From Paracoccaceae bacterium (GTDB lineage Bacteria; Pseudomonadota; Alphaproteobacteria; Rhodobacterales; Rhodobacteraceae), in NCBI GenBank assembly GCA_003511785.1, contig DOIS01000154.1, positions 1 through 36,279 on the forward strand: DNA of 36,279 nt, in the 5' to 3' direction. The position numbers and the translations under genes are program-made. The first letter of the stretch is position 1, and every line of letters begins with the position of its first letter. This document shows, in pieces, positions 27,035-35,800 of the stretch. Under the pieces are notes generated by a model. That model saw nothing but the letters and a program-made list of their open reading frames with translations. It had not been told where the DNA came from and did not search any database.

Positions 27035-28206
27035 CGCGCGCCCAGCCCCGCCGCCCAGGCCCCGGCCTCGCCGCCCAGCAGGCGGCTGTGCTCTTGCAGC
27101 GCGAAACGGTCGGTCATCCCGGCGATATAGTCCGAGACGATCCGCGCCAGCGCGGTCTCGTCCTTTGCTGCGGCGACATCGGCCTGCCAGCGCCGGGGCA
27201 GCAGCTCGGGGTTGGCCAGGAAATGCGGGAACAGCTCCTCGACCACGCGGGCGACCTGGGCGCGCATCTCCATCACCGGGGCGGCGCGATACATCCGCCG
27301 GAACAGGAAGGTGCGGATCTCGCGCAGGTCGGACCAGACCGCGTCGGAAAAGCGGATCACCGGCTGGCCCAGATGGCGCAGCGCGGCCGCATCCTCCGGG
27401 GCCGCCGCCTCCAGCGCCGCGCGGCTTTCGTCGATCACGTCGCCCACCATCACGCCGAAGACCCGGCGCAGCGCCTCGTGCCGGCGGCGGTCGGGGTCGA
27501 GCCCCGGGTATCGGCGGTCCACGTCCCGGTAGGCCGGGCCGACGATGGGCAGGGTCGCGATCTCGTCATCGCTGAACAGCCCCGCCCGCAGCCCGTCATG
27601 CAGGTCGTGATTGTTGTAGGCGATGTCGTCCGACAGCGCCGCCACCTGCGCCTCGGCGCTGGCGTGGGTGTGCAGTTCCAGGTCGAAGGCCGCGTTGCAC
27701 TCGGCCAGCGCCCAAGGCAACGGTCCGACGACCGGACCGTTATGCTTGGCGATGCCCTCCAGGCTCTCCCAGGTCAGGTTCAGACCGTCGAACTCGGCAT
27801 AGTGCCGTTCCAGGTGGGTGACGATGCGAATGGCCTGGGCGTTGTGGTCGAACCCGCCATAGGGCGCCATCAGCGCGTGCAGCGCGTCCTCGCCGGTATG
27901 GCCGAAGGGCGTGTGGCCCAGATCGTGGGCCAGCGCCACCGCCTCGGTCAACTCGGTGTTCAGCCCCAGCGCGCCGGCGATCGTGCGCGCCACCTGCGCC
28001 ACCTCGATGGAATGGGTCAGGCGGGTGCGGAAATAATCGCCCTCGTGCTCGACGAAGACCTGGGTCTTGTGCTTGAGTCGGCGAAAGGCGCTGGCATGGA
28101 TGATCCGGTCGCGGTCGCGCTGGAAACACGAGCGGAAGCTGCTGTCCTCCTCGGCCACCAGCCGGCTGCGGCTGGCGCCCGGGTCCGAAGCATATGGGGC
28201 GCGCAT
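27031..28206 (-). CDS. dgt: Deoxyguanosinetriphosphate triphosphohydrolase-like HD-domain protein
   Basis: FQRDRDRIIHASAFRRLKHKTQVF, RLTHSIEVAQV and HDLGHTPFGH, the dGTPase/HD signature. Confidence 0.9.
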   Translation of the reverse strand: MRAPYASDPGASRSRLVAEEDSSFRSCFQRDRDRIIHASAFRRLKHKTQVFVEHEGDYFRTRLTHSIEVAQVARTIAGALGLNTELTEAVALAHDLGHTPFGHTGEDALHALMAPYGGFDHNAQAIRIVTHLERHYAEFDGLNLTWESLEGIAKHNGPVVGPLPWALAECNAAFDLELHTHASAEAQVAALSDDIAYNNHDLHDGLRAGLFSDDEIATLPIVGPAYRDVDRRYPGLDPDRRRHEALRRVFGVMVGDVIDESRAALEAAAPEDAAALRHLGQPVIRFSDAVWSDLREIRTFLFRRMYRAAPVMEMRAQVARVVEELFPHFLANPELLPRRWQADVAAAKDETALARIVSDYIAGMTDRFALQEHSRLLGGEAGAWAAGLGAR

Positions 28207-28282
28207 CTCCGCTCCTAGTCTTGTCGCCTGTCCTTGGCATCTCTATATTGCAGGGGCGAACGGAAGAAAACCGCCGGAGACC

Positions 28283-28609
28283 ATGATGCAACTGCCGCCC
28301 AAAGTCACTGACCGGGCCTTTGCCCGCCTGTCCGAGATCGGCGCCGCAAGCCAAGGACAGGCCCTGCGCGTGGCCGTCGAAGGGGGCGGGTGCTCGGGCT
28401 TCCAATACGAGATCGCGCTCGACACGCCCAAGGAGGACGACCTCGTGCTCGAGGGTCAGGGCCAGAAGGTTGTGGTGGACTCGGTCTCGCTGCCGTTTCT
28501 CGAGAACGCGGTGATCGACTTCTCCGAGGAACTGATCGGCGCGCGGTTCGTGATCGACAATCCCAACGCGTCATCTTCCTGCGGCTGCGGCACGTCCTTC
28601 TCGATGTGA
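28283..28609 (+). CDS. erpA: Iron-sulfur cluster insertion protein (HesB/IscA/ErpA family)
   Basis: GGGCSGFQY and C-terminal SSCGCGTSF motifs; 108 aa. Confidence 0.88.
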   Translation: MMQLPPKVTDRAFARLSEIGAASQGQALRVAVEGGGCSGFQYEIALDTPKEDDLVLEGQGQKVVVDSVSLPFLENAVIDFSEELIGARFVIDNPNASSSCGCGTSFSM

Positions 28610-28643
28610 GACGAAAGGCCGACCCCGCAGGCGGGCACCGCGC

Positions 28644-29582
28644 TCAGGCGCGGGTGCGACGCAGGGCCATGAAAGGGAGCGCGGGGGCGGCCTCCTCGTC
28701 CTCCGTCCCGGTGCTGCGCCCGAACTGGTCCCAGAGCAGAACCAGCCCGCTTGAGATCACGATGGTCACACCCAGATAGGTGGCCGCGCCGGGATATTCC
28801 CCGAAGCCCACCGCGCCGATCACCACCATCCAGACGAATTGCAGGTTCATCAGCGGCGTGACCGCATAGGCCGCCAGAAGCCGCAGCGCCACCACCACCA
28901 GCCAGCGCGCCAGGAACAGCAGACCGGCATAGGCCGCGACCCAGCCCAGGTCCGCCAGCGGCATCGGTTTCCACACGAAAGGCAGCGCGCAAGCCATGGT
29001 CAGGCACAACGCCAGGTTGGGATAGAACACCTGCGCCAGCGAATTGTTTTCGACCCGCCCGATATAGCGCGATGCAATCATGGAGAGAGTGCCCGTCACC
29101 GCCGCCGCGAAGGCGAAAAGGTGCCCGATCTGGATCGACCGGATGCCGGCGGGAAACAGGAAGGCGACGCCCACGAACCCCGCCACCAGCGCCAGCCAGG
29201 CCATCGGGCGCACATGCTCGTCCAGGATCAGCCCCGAGAAGATCCCCGCCAGGATCGGGATCATGCCGATGAACAGGAACACCTCGGCAAAGGGGAGATA
29301 GCGAAAGGCGTAGAAAAAGCAGATCGCCGCCATCACCGTGAACAGGCTGCGCAGCGCCATCGCCTTGGGACAGCGCGTTTTCAGCCCCCGGCGCTGGCCC
29401 GGATACCGGTCGGTGAGGGCGGCCAGCGTAAGCACGATCAGCCCCGACAGCGCATAAAGCTGCGGCGCCGCATAGCCGCCTGCGATCAGCTTGGTGATCG
29501 CATCGGCCGAGGAAATGAACACCGTGTAAAGCACGGCCAGCCCCGCGCCCAAGCCCGCCGTGCGAATACCGCTCGTGATCAT
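28644..29582 (-). CDS. EamA/DMT-superfamily transporter, last gene of the repeat-peptide operon
   Basis: 312-aa ORF with about 10 hydrophobic segments in two halves. Its ATG overlaps the stop of the upstream 358-aa gene (ATGA at 29579-29582). Confidence 0.8.
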   Translation of the reverse strand: MITSGIRTAGLGAGLAVLYTVFISSADAITKLIAGGYAAPQLYALSGLIVLTLAALTDRYPGQRRGLKTRCPKAMALRSLFTVMAAICFFYAFRYLPFAEVFLFIGMIPILAGIFSGLILDEHVRPMAWLALVAGFVGVAFLFPAGIRSIQIGHLFAFAAAVTGTLSMIASRYIGRVENNSLAQVFYPNLALCLTMACALPFVWKPMPLADLGWVAAYAGLLFLARWLVVVALRLLAAYAVTPLMNLQFVWMVVIGAVGFGEYPGAATYLGVTIVISSGLVLLWDQFGRSTGTEDEEAAPALPFMALRRTRA

Positions 29583-30655
29583 AGTGCAACCCCCCGCAAC
29601 CCGGTCCGGGCGAAGCCTGCGAAGAAGGCGTCGAAAAGATCGGTGCTTTGTTCCGCTTCGGTCAAAATGTCATTTCCGATTTCACTCAGAGATTGTTTTA
29701 TCACCGTTCTCATCGCCTGCCAATCCCCGCTCCGGTTGTCTTCCATGCGGAACATACACTCGGACATCTCGCGCAGCGGCGCGGCATAGGGATCGGCGCG
29801 GAAGAAGCCCATGCGCTCGGGCGCGGCCTCCTTGACGAAGGCATCGCGCCCCGCCGTGGCCATCAGCCAGTTGCACACGAAATAGTCGTGGTAGTCGTCC
29901 TGGGTCGAGACCTGCGGCCCTGTCTGCACCTGGAAACGATGCGTCTCGCGCTCCAGCCAGCCTTCCCAGATCACCGACGGCTCGGCCCCGGCATAGCGCA
30001 GCGCGATGCAGATCTCGGCCAGGAGGTCGGAATTCTGGTCGAGATAGGCCAGGATCCCCGCGAATTCGAGGCTGCGGATCGCCGCCGGCGACAGGCCCGG
30101 GTCGCGCCGGCCGTATTCGGAAAGGTAGAAGACGATATGGGTCAGCTCATAGGCCGCCTTCTTGTTGGGCATGGCGAAGGTCTCCGAGCGGTCCATGAAC
30201 CCGTGCAGCCGCTCGGTCAGCCCGGTATCCTCGGGCAGCGGATCGACGCCCCGGCGCAACATCAGCCGCCGCGCCTCGGCCCGTTGCAGGTCGCTGAGTT
30301 CCGCATCGGCCAGCCCCTCGCGGGCGATCCAATGCGCCAGCGCCTCACCCTTCGCGCCCGGCATCCCCAGATCCTCGAGGTCGAGGCAGATCGACAGCAG
30401 GAAGCGGTAGTATTGCGGGAAGAAGCCCAGGCGTTTCTCGATCTGGGCATAGAACCCCTCATGCACCGACAGCGCGCCATCGTCGAGCGCCAGCCCGGTG
30501 CATTCCAGGATGTTGAGCAGTTCGGCATTCTCCTTGAGCCAGAACACGTCGTCGCCGAAGCGGCGGGACTGCGCGAAACTGGCCATCAGGGCCGCGCGCC
30601 GGGCCGGGTGGCCCAGGCGGTGGGACGGAACGTTCAGATGAATGACATTCGACAT
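29579..30655 (-). CDS. Uncharacterised 358-aa cytoplasmic protein; candidate maturation enzyme for the adjacent SSCS-repeat peptide
   Basis: Intact ORF with high GC3 and an AAGGG SD. It starts 67 nt downstream of the repeat-peptide stop. No signal peptide or TM segment. His/Asp/Glu-containing patches SVHEGFY, AYELTHIVFYLSEYG and DDYHDYFVCNW are present. I recognised no family. Confidence 0.7.
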   Translation of the reverse strand: MSNVIHLNVPSHRLGHPARRAALMASFAQSRRFGDDVFWLKENAELLNILECTGLALDDGALSVHEGFYAQIEKRLGFFPQYYRFLLSICLDLEDLGMPGAKGEALAHWIAREGLADAELSDLQRAEARRLMLRRGVDPLPEDTGLTERLHGFMDRSETFAMPNKKAAYELTHIVFYLSEYGRRDPGLSPAAIRSLEFAGILAYLDQNSDLLAEICIALRYAGAEPSVIWEGWLERETHRFQVQTGPQVSTQDDYHDYFVCNWLMATAGRDAFVKEAAPERMGFFRADPYAAPLREMSECMFRMEDNRSGDWQAMRTVIKQSLSEIGNDILTEAEQSTDLFDAFFAGFARTGLRGVAL

Positions 30656-30722
30656 GGGTGTGCCCTTTCAAATGGCGCCTTCTGAACGCCCCGTATCCAA
30701 CTTCAGCCGCGAGAGGGCCGGA

Positions 30723-31388
30723 TCAGCTGCACGAGCTGACCATCTGGGTGCCGTCGCCCTTCAGGATCGCCTGGCCCGAGGGGGTCGAGCAGGACGACAC
30801 CATCTGCACGCCCTCGCCGGTGGCCGCGTCGCTTCCGCCGGTGACCGAGCAGGACGAGAACAGCTCGACCGAGCAGGACGAGAACATTTCGGTCGCCTCA
30901 CCGCTGGCGGTGGCGGTGCCGGCCGGGGTCGAGCAGGAGGACACCATGTGCACGCCGTCGCCCGTGGCCGCGTCGCCGCCCCCGGTGACCGAGCATGAGG
31001 AGAACAGCTCGACCGAGCAGGACGAGAACATCTCGGTCGCCTCGCCCGCCGTCGTGGCGGTCCCGGCCGGGGTCGAGCAGGACGAGAACATCTGCACCAG
31101 CTCGCCGCGCATCGCCGTGGTCTCCCGCGAGGGCGTCGAACAGGACGAGAACATCTCGACCCCGCCGCCGGTCATGCCATCGGCACCCGCCGTGGTCGAG
31201 CAGGAGGAGAACAGTTCCACCGAGCAGGACGAGAACATCTCGGACGCGTCGCCTGAATGAGCATCGAACAGGGCCTGGGGCTGCGAGCAGGAGGAAAACA
31301 TGGCCGTGCCCTCGCCGTCGAACAGGCTGGCGGCGCCGTTGCTGGTGGCGGTTGCGGCGATGTCGTAAACTTTGCGTTGAGCGTTCAT
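30723..31388 (-). CDS. Repeat peptide with 12 copies of [M/L][F/V]SSCS; candidate multi-core precursor peptide
   Basis: ATG at 31388 with a GGGAAAG SD 6 nt upstream; 221 aa. A 29-aa Cys-free N-terminal region is followed by 6 MFSSCS, 3 LFSSCS and 3 MVSSCS copies. Spacers are VE (3 times) or 14-15 aa rich in G/T/A/D/E (8 times). The stop follows the last copy directly. The motif is kept across different Ser codon families (TCN versus AGC). Confidence 0.75.
   Translation of the reverse strand: MNAQRKVYDIAATATSNGAASLFDGEGTAMFSSCSQPQALFDAHSGDASEMFSSCSVELFSSCSTTAGADGMTGGGVEMFSSCSTPSRETTAMRGELVQMFSSCSTPAGTATTAGEATEMFSSCSVELFSSCSVTGGGDAATGDGVHMVSSCSTPAGTATASGEATEMFSSCSVELFSSCSVTGGSDAATGEGVQMVSSCSTPSGQAILKGDGTQMVSSCS
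30726..31301 (-). repeat. Array of twelve 18-nt coding repeats (mostly atgttctcgtcctgctcg)
   Basis: Read directly in the sequence. On the plus strand it appears as cgagcaggacgagaacat. Confidence 0.9.
30789..31076 (-). repeat. Two tandem 144-bp (48-aa) higher-order units inside the repeat-peptide gene
   Basis: TPAGTATTAGEATEMFSSCSVELFSSCSVTGGGDAATGDGVHMVSSCS versus TPAGTATASGEATEMFSSCSVELFSSCSVTGGSDAATGEGVQMVSSCS. A third, more diverged 49-aa unit lies upstream. Confidence 0.85.
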
Positions 31389-31466
31389 GGCAGTCTTTCC
31401 CGTTGTGAAGTTGATCGCCCCATCACGCTTGCACCCATAAGATGAGTTGCAAAGATTTTTTTCGTG

Positions 31467-31481
31467 TTAAGGGGGTATTAA
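31467..31481. promoter_or_regulatory. Perfect TTAA-N7-TTAA (CtrA-type) motif upstream of the repeat-peptide operon
   Basis: ttaa-gggggta-ttaa, centred about 86 nt upstream of the ATG at 31388, in an AT-richer 353-bp intergenic region. Confidence 0.45.
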
Positions 31482-31488
31482 TGGGTAG

Positions 31489-31497
31489 TTATCCACA
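31489..31497 (+). promoter_or_regulatory. Perfect DnaA-box 9-mer TTATCCACA
   Basis: Exact consensus, 7 nt from the TTAA-N7-TTAA motif. Confidence 0.45.
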
Positions 31498-31564
31498 TGA
31501 ACTACGGCTTGCAAAAATTTGATGCCGAACCGGAAGATCATCGGCGCAGCCCGGGAAAAAAAAC

Positions 31565-31573
31565 TTATCCACA
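31565..31573 (+). promoter_or_regulatory. Perfect DnaA-box 9-mer TTATCCACA (second copy, same orientation)
   Basis: Exact consensus, 76 nt from the first copy and preceded by an A8 tract. Confidence 0.45.
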
Positions 31574-31741
31574 GCGCCTGCAACGCCTGAAAACCGCCTG
31601 TCGAGACTACAACCTATCCGCGAATCACACCCATCATCGGGCCCCGCGATTCGACCCTCCCCCCGGCATCGGCTTGCCCCTTGCGGCGCGATCGGCGATA
31701 GATCGGCCACCCTCTGCCCCAGTCACCCCCGGGAGCCGCCC

Positions 31742-32521
31742 ATGAAAATCGCCAGTTTCAACATCAACGGCATCAAGGCCCGCGCCCAGGCGCTGACCGA
31801 CTGGCTGGCCGAGGCGCAGCCCGACGTGGCGCTGCTGCAAGAGATCAAGTCGGTGGACGAAAACTTCCCCCGCGAGATCTTCGAGGACATGGGCTACAAC
31901 GTGGAAACCCACGGGCAGAAGGGGTTCAACGGGGTGGCGATCCTGTCAAAACTGCCGCTCGAGGATGTGCGCCGCGGCCTGCCCGGCGACGCCGACGACA
32001 CCCAGGCGCGCTGGATCGAGGCCACGGTGGTGGGCGATCGCGCGCTCCGGCTCTGCGGGCTCTACCTGCCCAATGGCAACCCGGTGCCGGGGCCGAAATA
32101 CGACTACAAGCTCGCCTGGATGGAGCGCCTGCGCGCCCGTGCCGCCGATCTGCTGGCGGCCGAGGAGCCCGCGCTGATGGCGGGCGACTACAACGTGATC
32201 CCGCAGCCCGAGGACGCCAAGCACCCCGAGAAATGGACGAAGGACGCGCTGTTCCTGCCCGACAGCCGCGCCGCCTTCCAGCGCATCGTCAATCTCGGCT
32301 TCACCGACGCCTTCCGCGCCCGTGTGCAGGGGCCGGGGCATTACACCTTCTGGGATTACCAGGCCGGGTCGTGGAACCGCAATAACGGCATCCGCATCGA
32401 CCATTTCCTGCTCACGCCGCAATGCGCCGACCTGCTGGTGGATGTGGGCATCGACGCCGAGATCCGGGGCCGAGAGAAACCCTCAGATCACGTCCCCATC
32501 TGGGTCGAACTGGACATCTAG
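31742..32521 (+). CDS. xthA: Exodeoxyribonuclease III
   Basis: MKIASFNINGI, LLQEIK and C-terminal SDHVPIWVELD motifs of the ExoIII/APE family; 259 aa. Confidence 0.93.
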   Translation: MKIASFNINGIKARAQALTDWLAEAQPDVALLQEIKSVDENFPREIFEDMGYNVETHGQKGFNGVAILSKLPLEDVRRGLPGDADDTQARWIEATVVGDRALRLCGLYLPNGNPVPGPKYDYKLAWMERLRARAADLLAAEEPALMAGDYNVIPQPEDAKHPEKWTKDALFLPDSRAAFQRIVNLGFTDAFRARVQGPGHYTFWDYQAGSWNRNNGIRIDHFLLTPQCADLLVDVGIDAEIRGREKPSDHVPIWVELDI

Positions 32522-32581
32522 CGCGCCTCGCCCTCGGCCGGGTGTGCGCCTCTCCCCTCCCGCGTCACGCGTAGGGTGGGT

Positions 32582-32878
32582 TTACAACCCGCCACACCCC
32601 GCCGTCCGCCGCACCAGCGCCGCCAACACCGTCTCGAAACAGGCGCAATAGTCCAGGTCGTCGAAGCCCGGCTCGGGCGGCAAGGCCCGCTTGCGCGCCG
32701 CCCCCATGAGCGAGCCGTTGCCCCAGAGCGGATGCGGCCGCCCGGTGCGGTCCATGTGCCGATGCGCGGCCTCTGCCTCCGCCAGCATCCGCGCGCAGAG
32801 CCTCTCGCGCTGGTCCGGAGCGGCGCGCAGCAACACCCGCGCCGCGCTGCTCACGTCGCCATACAGCAGCCGCCGCAT
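32582..32878 (-). CDS. Small hypothetical protein (98 aa) translationally coupled to the GTA orfg15-like gene
   Basis: Its ATG overlaps the upstream stop (TGATG at 32876-32880). High GC3. Sequence begins MRRLLYGDVSSAARVLLRAAPDQRERL. No family recognised. Confidence 0.55.
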   Translation of the reverse strand: MRRLLYGDVSSAARVLLRAAPDQRERLCARMLAEAEAAHRHMDRTGRPHPLWGNGSLMGAARKRALPPEPGFDDLDYCACFETVLAALVRRTAGCGGL

Positions 32879-35800
32879 CACGCGCCCGCAGGCCAGTCGA
32901 GCCGCGCGAAAGGCCCCGGCCCATAGCGCGCCGAGACCTGCGCCACCTCGATCACGCAGCCCGGGCCCGCCCCGTCGCCCCCCTGCGCGCCCGCGCCATA
33001 GCTCCATTCCGGCGCCTCCACGTAGGCCTCGCGCAGCACCCGCGCCCCCTCGCGCACCCGCACCAGATAGCGTTCGCGCTCCTCGCCCAGCGGCACCTCG
33101 TCCAGATCCCAGCTGTCCCCGTCGATCCGCGTGCGCCGGACCCAGCTCAGCGCCAGGTCGCCGCCCTGATCCTGCGCGCGCAGGTGACAGGGCGCATAGG
33201 GGCGCAGCCCGTTGCCGTCGAAGGCCGCCACCAGATGCGTATAGGATGGATCGCTCACCGCCCTCCGCGCCGGGCCGATCCGGTAGTGCCGCGCCACCCG
33301 CCGCTGCGCCGGGCTCAGCCCGATCTGCTCCGGCACCCCGTCGAGCAGGACGAAGAACGACCCCTCCGGCCAGACCGGCGGCATGATCCCGTCGCTGCCC
33401 GCCTGCCCGCGCAGGCGCTCCGAGATCAGGTAGGTATCGGGCGCCACCAGTTCCGCCTGCCGGAATTGGATCAGCTCCCAGTTGCCCGGGCTGCCGTCGC
33501 CCACGGCGGCCAGGTTGGCCCCGTTCAGCACCGCCGCGCGCGGCCGACTCTCCAACGCCCCCGACAGCATCCGCACCTGCACCGGCCCGCCCGCGTCCCA
33601 GCGCCCCGCCGGGGCGGCGGCCAACGGCGTCTCAAGCACCCCGACCGTCGCCCGCGCCGCGATCACCTCGGTCAGAGCATAATCCGAATCCGTGTTCGAT
33701 CCGTAAACAGCCACCGATCCGGGCCAGGGCGTGCCCGTCACCGCCAGGTGCGGCGCGTGCGCCACCTCGTCCCCGCGCATCAACGGCAGGTCCAGGAACA
33801 ACGGCAGCACCGGCACCGGCGCAGCGAAGGCACGCGGGCTGGGCGCGTCCTCGGGCCCCTCCGAGGGCACATAGACCGCCGGTTCGATCCGCACCGCCTC
33901 GACCAGTTGCAGATCGGCCTGGTCCACCCGGTCGATGCGATAGCGCGTCTCGCCCCCCTCGCCCGGCAGCGCCACAACGTCGCCCGCGCCCAGCCCCATC
34001 GCCGAGGGCGGCAGGGCAAAGCGCGCCGTGTCGCGCGCCACCCGCGCCTCGGTCAGCCAGCGTTCGGCCACCGCGCGCCCCTCGCCCCGGCTCAGCGCCA
34101 GGGGCAACTCGCTGGTGGCCACCGCGTGGGTGGCATCCGAGGCCAGCACCGCCTCCTCGGCCACCGCCGCGTGATCGGCCTCCGCCTCGACGAAGCGCAG
34201 CCGTACCCGCCCCGAGCTTTCCGCCTCCGCCGCGCGCGACCGCTCCACGCGCCCCTCGGTCTCGCCCGAGACCGCCAGGCAGTCCGGGTCCAGCCGCACC
34301 GTCCCGCGCCCGTCGCGCGGGACGAAGCGCAACAACCCGTCGCGCTCCACCGCGTCGAAGCCATGCGCCAGCATCAGGGGCTGCAACGCCGCGCGCGCCT
34401 CGGCCACGTCTTCGACCGCATAGCCGCGCACCACCCCCGTCAACGCGCCGGTGTCGATCGCCTCCACGCCCGCCCGGCGGCAGATCTCGCCCACCACCGA
34501 GGCCAGCGCCCGCGTCCCCGTGCGCCCGTTGATCCAGTGACCGCGCGCGAAATTGGCCCCGTCGCTCCACAGGCCGCGATTGTTGGGAAACCACGGAAAC
34601 GGCCGCGCGTCCCAGGCCCAGACATAGGCGTTCTCCATGTCCACCATCGGCCCCTCGTAGACATCCGAGACCGGGTTGCGACCCGGGTCCCGCCAATAAC
34701 TCAGCATCACCTCCAGGTAACGCCGCTGGATCAGGTCGTCGCGCCGCCCGGTGGAATAGCGCGGCAGGGCCGATTCCGAGGATTTGGCGTCGAGGAACTT
34801 GTTGGGCTGGTTGGTGCCCTTGTCCACGGCGGCACAACCCAGCTCGGTGAACCAGATCGGTTTCGAGCGCGGCTCCCAGGCCGTCGGCACCGCCTGCCGC
34901 ACCCCGTCGATGCGCTCGTGATGGCGGTTCTCCCACCAGCCGCGCAGGTCCTTGAACCGCCAGACCCAGGGCTCGCCGTGCTCTCCGTCGGTGATCGGTT
35001 CGCGCCGCTGGACCGCCCGCGCCTCTCCACTGGGGTAATACCAATCGAACCCCTCGCCACCCTCGATATTGGCGGCGAGATAGGCGGGATCGTGGATCGC
35101 ACCCCAACCGGCATCCGCGTGGTCCTCCCCCTCGCGCCAATCCGACAGCGGCATGTAATTGTCGATCCCCACGAAGTCGATCTCGTCATCCGCCCAGAGC
35201 GGATCGAGATGGAAAAACCGGTCCCCCGGCACATCCACCGGCTGATAGCCGAAATACTCGCTCCAGTCGGCGGCATAGCCGATCTTCACATCCGGCCCCA
35301 GAAGTGCGCGCACCTCGCCCGCCAGCGCCCGCAACGCCTCGACCGCCGGGAACCCCGCCACCCCCCGGATCTGCGTGAGCCCCCGCATCTCGGAGCCGAT
35401 ACAGAAGGAGTCCACGCCCCCCGCAGCCGCGCAGAGCGCCGCGTAATGCAGGATGAAGCGCCGCATCCCCCATTCATTCGGCCCGTGGTAGCTCACCACC
35501 CCGTCGCCCACGGTGAAATCCGCTGCCCGCGCGGTGCCGAAAAACGCCGCCACCTGCGTGGCGGCCTCATCCGTGCCGTCGGGCGTGCCTGCGACCCCGG
35601 GCGCGAGCGAAGTGGTGATCCGCCCCCGCCAGGGCAGCGCCGGCTGGCCCGCCTCGCCGGTCCAGGGGTTCACCAACCCGTTGCCCGCCATCTGGTCCAT
35701 CAGGATGAAGGGATAGAACATCACCCGCTTGCCCGCCGCCGCCATGTGCCGGATCGCCTCGACCACCGCCGCGTCGGCCGGCGTGCCGCCATAGATCGGC

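Noticed and set aside
28610-28650. Terminator between convergent erpA and the EamA gene
   Set aside because: Only an imperfect GC stem (caccgcgc / gcgcgggtg, with a bulge) that overlaps the EamA stop, and no U-tract on either strand. The evidence is too weak to annotate.
30658-31260. 200-aa plus-strand ORF with EQDENIS/EQDENSS repeats, antisense to the SSCS-repeat gene
   Set aside because: - It is the shadow frame whose third codon positions coincide with those of the minus-strand gene, so its high GC3 is uninformative.
- It starts at a GTG overlapping the start of the divergent 358-aa gene, with no promoter space.
- It does not cover all the repeats.
- Its repeat degenerates (QLHELTI) exactly where the minus-strand motif is preserved through a Ser codon-family switch.
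30726-31301. Possible CRISPR array (regularly recurring 18-nt repeat)
   Set aside because: The repeats are only 18 nt, with irregular spacing (6 nt or 42-45 nt). The spacers are themselves repetitive and the region is in-frame coding. No cas genes or leader are nearby.
31389-31741. Chromosomal replication origin (DnaA boxes plus a CtrA site plus AT tracts)
   Set aside because: There are only two DnaA boxes, no obvious AT-rich 13-mer-like unwinding repeats, and no typical ori-flanking genes (dnaA, hemE, parAB, gidAB). A regulated promoter region is the more economical reading. It cannot be excluded without a GC-skew or marker-frequency analysis of the whole genome.
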